Origin: Rhodothermales bacterium
GTDB lineage: Bacteria; Bacteroidota; Rhodothermia; Rhodothermales; Bin80
NCBI GenBank assembly: GCA_965220365.1
Contig: OZ244823.1
Location: 1,300,361 to 1,364,360 of the forward strand
Length of the DNA: 64,000 bases
Reading direction: 5' to 3'
Positions 57,007 through 64,000 of the stretch are shown here, one piece after another. A program made the position numbers and the translations under genes. A model generated the notes under the pieces. It saw nothing but the letters and a program-made list of their open reading frames with translations. It made no database searches and was not told the origin of the DNA. The first letter of the stretch is position 1, and the number at the start of each line of letters is the position of its first letter.

Positions 57007-58241
57007 TCAATAGGGGAGAGCTGGACGAGTTCAATCCGGTTGCGTGAGGCTTTGAGAATCTCGATTCGGAAGGCGCCGATGACCAAGCGGTCGTTCGGGG
57101 AGGGAATTGCGCCGCTATGATCAAGAATAAACCCGGCGATGGTTTCAAAATCTCCCGTGGGGATCGCTAGATCAAAGCGTTCATTGATCTCATCGATTTC
57201 GGCTTTCCCGCTGAACCTGTAAGTATGGGGGGCTATTTCGCTCATGGTCACCTTTTCCGTATCAAACTCATCCTGAATATCACCGAAGAGTTCTTCCAGG
57301 AGGTCTTCGCGTGTGATCAAGCCGGCAGTTCCACCGTACTCATCAATGACAATCACAATGGATCGGTGACTGTCCCTGAATTCTCGAAGAAGCTCTTTGG
57401 CGGGCTTTGATTCTGGAACGAATCGGGCGGGGCGCACGACCTGCTGCAAAGTCTCGGGGCTCTCAAATAAATCGTAGGCAAAGGCAATGCCCACAATCGT
57501 ATCAATGTTTTCCCGGTAGACCGGTATTTTGGAATACCCGCTTTCAACACAGAGTTGCCGAAATTTTTCGAGAGAAGTGTCTTCAGAAATAGATACGATC
57601 TCCGTCCGCGGTGTCATGCATACTTTCGCCCGTTTTGCGTGCAGCCCAAAGACATTGGTGAGCATCTCTGTTTCCTCGGCATCAAGGTCAAGAGATCCGC
57701 GCTCTACATTCTCTTCGATCATTTTTTCAAACGAACGGCGGGAAAAGCGGGTAAGCTGATCAGATGCACCACCGAGTCCCTTGAGAAGTAGCTGCGATGT
57801 CCAGCCAACCAGGAGAATGAGGGGCAGGAGTACGATGTAGGTTACAGCAAGCGGGATCGCAAGAAAAAAAACTGCTCGATTTGCAGTCTCCCGCATGATG
57901 GTTTTAGGAAGTATCTCGCCAATCAGCAGCACCACAATCGCAGCGATGAGTGTCTGAACAATCAACTGAGGGCTCTCGCCGGCCACATAGCGGGATAGTG
58001 GCTCGGCCAGAACGAGTGCCATGACCGTAGAAAAAATGACCAGTGCGATATTATTGCCGACCAAGGTGGTGGTCAGTAATCGTGTAGGTGATTCGAAGAA
58101 AAAAGTGACCAAGTGCCCGAGAACGCCGCGGCGACGTGCACGCATCTCGACGCGTAGGCGATTCGCAGCGACGAATGCGATTTCTGTGCCAGAGAAGAAC
58201 GCACTCAAAAAGAGAGTACTAATTATTACGGACAGGGCCAT
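57003..58241 (-). CDS. CNNM/DUF21 - CBS pair - CorC_HlyC family membrane protein (hemolysin/Mg-Co efflux-like)
   Basis: 412 aa. The N-terminus has four TM segments ([11 protein letters not shown]...). The central M.PR.....I motif is followed by a CBS region and a C-terminal [28 protein letters not shown]. Confidence 0.85.
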   Translation of the reverse strand: MALSVIISTLFLSAFFSGTEIAFVAANRLRVEMRARRRGVLGHLVTFFFESPTRLLTTTLVGNNIALVIFSTVMALVLAEPLSRYVAGESPQLIVQTLIAAIVVLLIGEILPKTIMRETANRAVFFLAIPLAVTYIVLLPLILLVGWTSQLLLKGLGGASDQLTRFSRRSFEKMIEENVERGSLDLDAEETEMLTNVFGLHAKRAKVCMTPRTEIVSISEDTSLEKFRQLCVESGYSKIPVYRENIDTIVGIAFAYDLFESPETLQQVVRPARFVPESKPAKELLREFRDSHRSIVIVIDEYGGTAGLITREDLLEELFGDIQDEFDTEKVTMSEIAPHTYRFSGKAEIDEINERFDLAIPTGDFETIAGFILDHSGAIPSPNDRLVIGAFRIEILKASRNRIELVQLSPID

Positions 58242-58256
58242 GCGTGAAGCAGGCGA

Positions 58257-59099
58257 TCAGGTACGGGATCTGGACTGCAGTGCCCGAGCTTCCCAATCAT
58301 TCTCACTTTCCTCCGGTCCAAAGACAGATTCAATTTGAGAAACAGAAGCTTCGGTTTCTTCAACCTCGGAGAGAAGAAGGTCAAGCTGGTAGGTGATTTC
58401 TTCGGGGTTATTCAGGGTCAACGACTGTTCATGGATGTACTTCACGACATCTTCAATTGTAGCGACCTGCGCCTCAATCATTTCCAGTTGCTCTTGGGTT
58501 TGTTTGAAGCGTTCTTTACGCTGCTCCAATACCTTCAGTCGTCGAAGTTTGATATTGCGAACAGGTTCAGAGGCATTTTCCAAATCTAACTCAACGGCGG
58601 CAATTGCTGTGGTAAGCTCCTGCTCACGTTTGTGTTGACCAAAAGAGGTATAGCGTTCCTGTTGAAACATGAGTTTCAGGCAGGAAGTCATGAGTCCTTC
58701 GATCTTGGCGGTATGGCTCTCAAGGATCCCCTGAGATGCGAAACTGAACTTGCGGTAATTCGCCTGCAATTCTTTTTCCAGATCTTTTAACCGAATGTAA
58801 CGACGCTGATTTGCCCGGTTGAGCTGCCGATACATTTCGCGTTGAGAGGGAGGTCTGGCAGCGATTGCTGCGTGTTTGGCACGGATAAGGTTTCGAAATC
58901 GTTTGTGACGGGGCATATATCCTAGGGCCAATAGTTCAAAGGCAATGATTGCCGTCAGTATGGATTGAAAGAGTGTATCTCCCACTGGGCCTCCAATGAA
59001 GCTGAGTCCAAGTGCAGCCCCCGCCCCAATGGTGAGGAAGGATAAATTCCACGGATGCAGGAAGGTCTCGCGGGTATAGTTGATCTCTCCCTCTTTCAT
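58257..59099 (-). CDS. Hypothetical membrane protein with long C-terminal coiled coil (280 aa)
   Basis: Two predicted TM helices near the N-terminus are followed by heptad-rich sequence. Its start overlaps the upstream ORF stop (ATGA). Confidence 0.6.
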   Translation of the reverse strand: MKEGEINYTRETFLHPWNLSFLTIGAGAALGLSFIGGPVGDTLFQSILTAIIAFELLALGYMPRHKRFRNLIRAKHAAIAARPPSQREMYRQLNRANQRRYIRLKDLEKELQANYRKFSFASQGILESHTAKIEGLMTSCLKLMFQQERYTSFGQHKREQELTTAIAAVELDLENASEPVRNIKLRRLKVLEQRKERFKQTQEQLEMIEAQVATIEDVVKYIHEQSLTLNNPEEITYQLDLLLSEVEETEASVSQIESVFGPEESENDWEARALQSRSRT

Positions 59100-59449
59100 G
59101 CGTCTTTGTCGGGGGTATCAGCCTTTAGTATAGGACCGATGGTCTTGGCGGGAGGTTCGGGGGGTTGAGGGACTGCATCCAAATCAGTGGCCGATTTTTT
59201 CTCTGGTGGCAGCTCGTCTTCTAACGCAACTTCGAGACGGGCCTCATTCAAAGCTGTCTCAGCATCCAGTCGTGCTGTAAATTCGTCTGCAGTATCCCCT
59301 GCGCTAGCCAGAGTATCTACCATGGCACCCAGAGCATCGTTGATGGCCTGTGTTTTCTTGGCGGACTCAATCGTACGACGGATCTGCTTACGCTCTCGAA
59401 GCTCTTTGATATATTGTTCTTTAAGACGTGCGCGTTCCTCTTCAGGCAT
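59096..59449 (-). CDS. Hypothetical acidic coiled-coil protein (117 aa)
   Basis: ORF tightly packed between pspA and the 280-aa gene. No motif recognised. Confidence 0.5.
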   Translation of the reverse strand: MPEEERARLKEQYIKELRERKQIRRTIESAKKTQAINDALGAMVDTLASAGDTADEFTARLDAETALNEARLEVALEDELPPEKKSATDLDAVPQPPEPPAKTIGPILKADTPDKDA

Positions 59450-59451
59450 CG

Positions 59452-60207
59452 CTACGATTCCCGGTTGCGTGTACGCCCCATGGTCTTTTCCTCGGAGCTC
59501 TCCACGTCAATACGTCCAGAATCCGTTGTTGGTTCAGAGAGCAGCCCCATTTCGCGTTTCATCTGGTTCACCAGTTCGGCGGCTCGCAAATCTTCAGCTT
59601 CTTCATCCAGGCGGATCGCCTGCAGATCCACGGCATCCATGGCAACTTCGATACGTGCTTCATTTTTGGCCGTTTCCTGATCCAAACGTTGGATCATTTC
59701 ATCGTGCGTCTGATCAATCCCGCCTACTTCGAATTTCTCAAGTGCATCGGCAACATTTGCTTGCCATTTCGCACGCTCGCTTGCACGCAGGGCTTCCTGA
59801 GCAGCATCAATCTTTCTCTGCCGCTCGCGCATGAACGCCTTTTTGACCTGTTGTGCTTTATCATAGGCTGCAGTTGCATGAGCGAGCTGTTCCTGGGTTT
59901 TTACTAGATTTGCCTGGGCGGTTTCGAATCGAACTGCATGCTGTTGTGCAAGGTCGTCACGCCCACCTTGGATTGCGGACTGGATCTTTGACCTTAATGT
60001 GTGTACTTCGGACTGGACACGTTTGAGTTCTTTTTGCAGGAGGATTACATTGGCCTTTACGGTCGCAATGTTCTCGTTCATTTTCGGGACCTGATCATTC
60101 AGTTCCCGGATATTCTGCTCCAGAATTAGCTTGGGGTTTTCTAGGGAAGAGATGGCACCCCCAAAAATTGATCGAATCGCACGTTTGAATCGGGTCCAGA
60201 GAGACAT
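59452..60207 (-). CDS. pspA: PspA/IM30 (Vipp1) family membrane-stress protein
   Basis: 251 aa. The N-terminus MSLWTRFKRAIRSIFGGAISSLENPKLILEQNIRELNDQV is typical of PspA/IM30, and the remainder is coiled coil. Confidence 0.85.
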   Translation of the reverse strand: MSLWTRFKRAIRSIFGGAISSLENPKLILEQNIRELNDQVPKMNENIATVKANVILLQKELKRVQSEVHTLRSKIQSAIQGGRDDLAQQHAVRFETAQANLVKTQEQLAHATAAYDKAQQVKKAFMRERQRKIDAAQEALRASERAKWQANVADALEKFEVGGIDQTHDEMIQRLDQETAKNEARIEVAMDAVDLQAIRLDEEAEDLRAAELVNQMKREMGLLSEPTTDSGRIDVESSEEKTMGRTRNRES

Positions 60208-60240
60208 GTTAAAAAGAAAATTAGCTAAACCGTAAGATAC

Positions 60241-61602
60241 CTAACTCTGCGAGATTAAATTATGTTCTCGTGAATTAGATGCCCATCCTTCAAAAGTGAG
60301 GCGATCAATAAGGATGTTTGGTTTAGCGACAGGTTTTTTCGAGAACGTAAAGGTGTCAAAGATACTACGTGCCACCTGCTCAGGTTGATCAGCCTTTCGG
60401 GTATAGAAACTTGCCAGTGGTTGACCGGGTGCGGCTCTTTCGCCTGGACGCAGGTGTAATACGATTCCTGCTTCAGGATCGATTTTGTCATCAATCACCA
60501 GTCTTCCGACTCCAAGGCTGTTTCCGATTTCAGCAAGTGTGAATGCGTCTACATCACTCACATATCCGCTGATATCCAGCGGGACCGTGACGGTTTGAGG
60601 CTCCAGGGTACGCATACGAAGTGCAGGATCATGGATGACAGCAGGGTCTCCACCCTGGGCTTCTACAATCTTCGCCAGAAAATTCAATGCGTGGCCGGAT
60701 TGCACTGCAGCGTGTGCCGTTTCCTCACCTTCCTCAGGTGACCCGGCCAGACCTGCGAGCGCAATCATTTCACCACTCAGCTTCAGTGACAACTCAAGCA
60801 CATCTTTGGGACCTTCCCCACGTAGACAGCTGATAGACTCTTCAACCTCGAGCCAATTCCCAATTGCGTGCCCGAGGGGAATGTTCATATTGGTAAGCCA
60901 GGCAATCGTGTTCATCCCAAAGTGTTCTCCAACATTTACCAGGGTCTCGGCGAGCTCTCGTGCCTCTTCGCTCTTTCTCATAAAAGCGCCGCGACCGAGT
61001 TTCACATCAAGCACCAATCCATCAATGCCTTCAGCCAGTTTCTTACTCAGGATTGAGGCGGTAATGAAGGGGATAAAGTCGACACTCGCAGTTACATCCC
61101 GCAGGGCATACAACTGGCGGTCAGCCGGAGCGATTTCCTTGGTTGCTCCAATCATTGCGACGCCAAGTTCACGGATCTGGCGGTAGATGTCGTGGATTTG
61201 CAGGTTTGTACGAAACCCGGGGATAGATTCCAACTTATCAAGTGTCCCTCCTGTATGTCCTAGAGCTCGACCTGAGATCATGGGTACACGAACTCCGCAC
61301 GCTCCAACAATTGGAGTGAGCACGAGGGAAATCTTATCCCCAACTCCACCCGTTGAATGCTTATCAACTACGGGAGTAGAAATGGCAGAGAAGTCCAGGA
61401 TCCTCCCCGAATTCAGCATGCACTGGGTCAGTGTGGTCGTCTCATTCAGGGCCATGCCACGTAGCTGCGCAGCCATCAGAAACGCTGCCATCTGGTAATC
61501 AGGTATACGCCCTGCAGTGTACCCTTCAATCAGATACTGAATCTCAGTGGATGAAAGCTCTAAGCCCTCACGCTTCTTCTTAATGATATGGATGGCGTCC
61601 AT
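60241..61602 (-). CDS. deoA: Thymidine / pyrimidine-nucleoside phosphorylase
   Basis: The ATG at 61602 gives MDAIHIIKKKREG..LS..EI. The protein has DKHSTGGVGDK and SGRALGHTGGTLDKLESIPGF. Confidence 0.85.
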   Translation of the reverse strand: MDAIHIIKKKREGLELSSTEIQYLIEGYTAGRIPDYQMAAFLMAAQLRGMALNETTTLTQCMLNSGRILDFSAISTPVVDKHSTGGVGDKISLVLTPIVGACGVRVPMISGRALGHTGGTLDKLESIPGFRTNLQIHDIYRQIRELGVAMIGATKEIAPADRQLYALRDVTASVDFIPFITASILSKKLAEGIDGLVLDVKLGRGAFMRKSEEARELAETLVNVGEHFGMNTIAWLTNMNIPLGHAIGNWLEVEESISCLRGEGPKDVLELSLKLSGEMIALAGLAGSPEEGEETAHAAVQSGHALNFLAKIVEAQGGDPAVIHDPALRMRTLEPQTVTVPLDISGYVSDVDAFTLAEIGNSLGVGRLVIDDKIDPEAGIVLHLRPGERAAPGQPLASFYTRKADQPEQVARSIFDTFTFSKKPVAKPNILIDRLTFEGWASNSREHNLISQS

Positions 61603-61673
61603 GACTGTACGAAACACAAAAGGCGAACCAGATTACGGTCCGCCCCCTAAAATATTCAAATACACAAAGATTT

Positions 61674-61892
61674 CTATTTGCTGGCACTTTTTTTGCCGTA
61701 CCTGCGATGAAATTTTTCGACGCGACCCGCGGTGTCTACGTATTGCCGACGTCCCGTATAAAACGGATGATTCGTACTGTCGACGTCAGACACATATTGC
61801 TCGGACGGCATTGTTGACCGCGTCTCAAATTCGGTTCCATCGGCGAGGCGCACCTTGGTCGGGCTGTAGTCTGGATGGATTCCTTTCTTCAT
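61674..61892 (-). CDS. rpmE: 50S ribosomal protein L31, type B (no CxxC zinc motif)
   Basis: 72 aa with MKKGIHPDY....V.......FETRST......VD..S..HPFYTG and no cysteines. Confidence 0.85.
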   Translation of the reverse strand: MKKGIHPDYSPTKVRLADGTEFETRSTMPSEQYVSDVDSTNHPFYTGRRQYVDTAGRVEKFHRRYGKKSASK

Positions 61893-61942
61893 TGATCTGA
61901 TATCAGGTTATATACAACCCCGCTGTAATCATCCTGCTTCGG

Positions 61943-64000
61943 CTATGTTCCATCTTTGAGAAGAGCTTCGGTACGGATGATCGTGTCTCGAAGTCTTGCG
62001 GCCTTTTCAAACTCCATTTTCTCGGCAGCTTCAAGCATTTCTATATTCATTTGCTTAATCAGATCTCGCTTCTCCGCTTCGGTGAGCATTTTGATTAAGG
62101 GATCATCCAGTTCTTGTGGTATTTCAGAGATTTCCGAGGGATGGACGAGTGGTGTTTGTCCTCCAGGCTCGCGTTCTTCAGCGACCACGGTTCCGCGTAG
62201 TACATCACGGCGGTCCTTGTGCACCGTCTGCGGGACAATACCATGTTTTTCATTATAGGCCAGCTGTTTTGTTCGGCGGCGGTTGGTCTCATCAAGCATT
62301 CGCTGCATACTTCCGGTGATCTTATCTGCATAAAGGATAATCTTGCTATTGGTGTTGCGTGCGGCACGACCAGCTGTCTGGATGAGCGCACGGTCACTTC
62401 GGAGAAAGCCTTCTTTATCAGCATCTATGATTGCTACCAGAGATACCTCTGGGAGATCAAGTCCTTCTCGAAGCAGATTCACCCCCACCAGTACATCGTA
62501 TGCGCCAAGTCGAAGGTCCCGCAATAACTCAACCCTTGTGAGTGCATCGATGTCTGAGTGGAGATAGCGGCACTGGATTCCAAATGATTCCAGATAGTCC
62601 GTCAAATCTTCTGCCATGCGTTTTGTCAGCGTCGTAACCAGGGTTCGTTCACCGCGTCGGTTCACACTACGGATCTCTTCCAGGAGGTCATCAATCTGAT
62701 GTTCACTGGGTCGGATCAAGACAGGCGGATCGGGGATGCCGGTGGGACGAATGACTTGCTCAACAAATTCTCCCTCTGATTTGATGAGCTCATAGTCTCC
62801 CGGGGTTGCACTCATGAAGATCGTTTGGTGTTGCCGCTCTTCATACTCTTCAAACGTCATTGGTCGATTGTCCAGCGCAGAGGGCAACCGAAAGCCATGC
62901 TCAACCAGCGTGAGTTTGCGGGCTCGATCACCATTGTACATTGCACGTACCTGCGGAATCGTCGTATGGCTCTCATCAACCACAAGAAGGAAATCATCCG
63001 GGAAGTAATCCATGAGGCAATATGGACGCTGTCCCTCAGGTAATCCGGTCATATGACGGCTATAATTCTCAATCCCTGAGCAATAGCCCAGCTCACGAAT
63101 CATCTCAAGATCAAAAAGTGTACGTTGCTCCAAGCGCTGGGCCTCCAGCATTTGACTTCTTTGTCGGAGCACTGCCAGGCGCCATTGCAACTCATCTTCA
63201 ATGGCAGCGACTGCACGATTGATCTGTTCCTTTGGTGTCACGAAAATGCGGGCGGGATAGATGGTCAGCGCTGCGTGTTCCTGTTCAAGGGTCTCTCCTG
63301 TGAGTGGATGGATCATGGTGATTTGTTCAATCTCATCTCCCCAGAAGAGGACACGGTATGCAATATCTTCCGCATAAGTGGGATAAATATCTACTGTGTC
63401 TCCGCGTACCCTGAATGTCCCGGGTTGGAGTTCTATGTCATTGCGCTTATAAAAAATTCCAATCAACTGCAGGAGCAGGTCCCCGCGTTCTATTTCCTGG
63501 CCGGGTACGAGTTGGACAATCTGGGATTGATACTCCTTGGGGGAGCCCAAGCCGTAAATACAGGAAACACTTGCCACTACGATCACATCTGAGCGCCCGG
63601 ATACCAGGGCACTGGTTGCCCTTAACCGAAGTCGATCAATTCGATCATTAATGGACAGATCTTTTTCTATATAGGTATCGGAACGAACGATGTAGGCCTC
63701 GGGCTGATAGTAATCGTAGTAGGAGATAAAGAATTCAACAGCATTGTTCGGGAAAAACTGCCGAAACTCGGCGTAGAGCTGAGCAGCCAGCGTTTTGTTA
63801 TGGCTCATAACAAGGGTTGGCTTTCCGATATTCTGGATCACGTTACTGATCGTGAATGTTTTCCCGGATCCCGTCACACCAAGCAGCGTCTGGTGTTCTT
63901 TTCCTTGAATCAGTCCCTCAGTGAGCGCCTTGATCGCACCTGGCTGATCTCCATACGGCGAGAATGGAGCACATAATTCGAATGTGCGCTGGGAAAGTGG
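61943..64000 (-). CDS. uvrB: Excinuclease ABC subunit B (partial; the N-terminus runs off the right edge)
   Basis: It has [10 protein letters not shown] (Walker A), helicase motifs, and the C-terminal UVR domain [13 protein letters not shown]. The frame remains open from 63877 to the window end (..[24 protein letters not shown]..). Confidence 0.9.
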   Translation of the reverse strand, partial: PLSQRTFELCAPFSPYGDQPGAIKALTEGLIQGKEHQTLLGVTGSGKTFTISNVIQNIGKPTLVMSHNKTLAAQLYAEFRQFFPNNAVEFFISYYDYYQPEAYIVRSDTYIEKDLSINDRIDRLRLRATSALVSGRSDVIVVASVSCIYGLGSPKEYQSQIVQLVPGQEIERGDLLLQLIGIFYKRNDIELQPGTFRVRGDTVDIYPTYAEDIAYRVLFWGDEIEQITMIHPLTGETLEQEHAALTIYPARIFVTPKEQINRAVAAIEDELQWRLAVLRQRSQMLEAQRLEQRTLFDLEMIRELGYCSGIENYSRHMTGLPEGQRPYCLMDYFPDDFLLVVDESHTTIPQVRAMYNGDRARKLTLVEHGFRLPSALDNRPMTFEEYEERQHQTIFMSATPGDYELIKSEGEFVEQVIRPTGIPDPPVLIRPSEHQIDDLLEEIRSVNRRGERTLVTTLTKRMAEDLTDYLESFGIQCRYLHSDIDALTRVELLRDLRLGAYDVLVGVNLLREGLDLPEVSLVAIIDADKEGFLRSDRALIQTAGRAARNTNSKIILYADKITGSMQRMLDETNRRRTKQLAYNEKHGIVPQTVHKDRRDVLRGTVVAEEREPGGQTPLVHPSEISEIPQELDDPLIKMLTEAEKRDLIKQMNIEMLEAAEKMEFEKAARLRDTIIRTEALLKDGT

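Noticed and set aside
56379-57148. Minus-strand ORFs of 168 and 181 aa inside floA. The same applies to plus-strand ORFs inside pspA (59187..59907), deoA (60635..61186) and the phosphatase genes.
   Set aside because: All are antisense to genes with clear family motifs, and they have biased Ala/Ser/Arg/Pro composition typical of spurious frames.
61674-61892. Cysteine-free (type B) L31, considered as a zinc-starvation paralogue.
   Set aside because: Type B L31 is the only form in many lineages. Without the rest of the genome there is no evidence for a paired type A gene or Zur control.

Overview
This is a 64 kb bacterial chromosomal window. CarboxypepD_reg-type TonB-dependent receptors paired with DUF4249 lipoproteins suggest a Bacteroidota, Rhodothermota or Balneolota-like host, but that guess is low confidence. 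All calls rest on reading the ORF translations and the nucleotide sequence by eye; no searches were run.

Two conserved housekeeping blocks flank an IS-riddled accessory segment.
- Left core block (1-7.7 kb): a partner-switching module, Ppx/GppA, ApbC/Mrp, NifU-like and an outer-membrane channel.
- Right core block (36-64 kb): a second partner-switching module, DUF58, pyrR-pyrB, two TBDR-DUF4249 pairs, pckA, an acyl-CoA ligase, moaC, floA, a pspA operon, deoA, rpmE and uvrB.
- Accessory segment (about 8.1-35.7 kb): an internally deleted ISL3 derivative upstream of amt, an intact IS1634-like element, and a 2,754-bp IS1595-family transposon. It also holds a frameshifted ISNCY-like transposase, a decayed inverted second IS1634-like end and a 63-bp ISL3 end fragment.
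- The IS1595-family transposon has perfect 24-bp inverted repeats and an 8-bp target duplication. It carries a Mod-like DNA methyltransferase fused to an HNH nuclease, preceded by a 12-C homopolymer.
- The segment is dominated by one 16.6-kb ORF (5,532 aa). It encodes a giant adhesin-like protein with Calx-beta-type modules, 29 tandem 96-98-aa Ig-like repeats (many nucleotide-identical) and a C-terminal autotransporter-type beta-barrel.

The 3' two thirds of that ORF are much more GC-rich than the rest of the window. The most interesting candidates are the IS1595 transposon with its possibly phase-variable methylase-HNH passenger, and the giant repeat-mosaic autotransporter bracketed by inverted IS ends. 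No tRNA, rRNA or CRISPR array was recognised.
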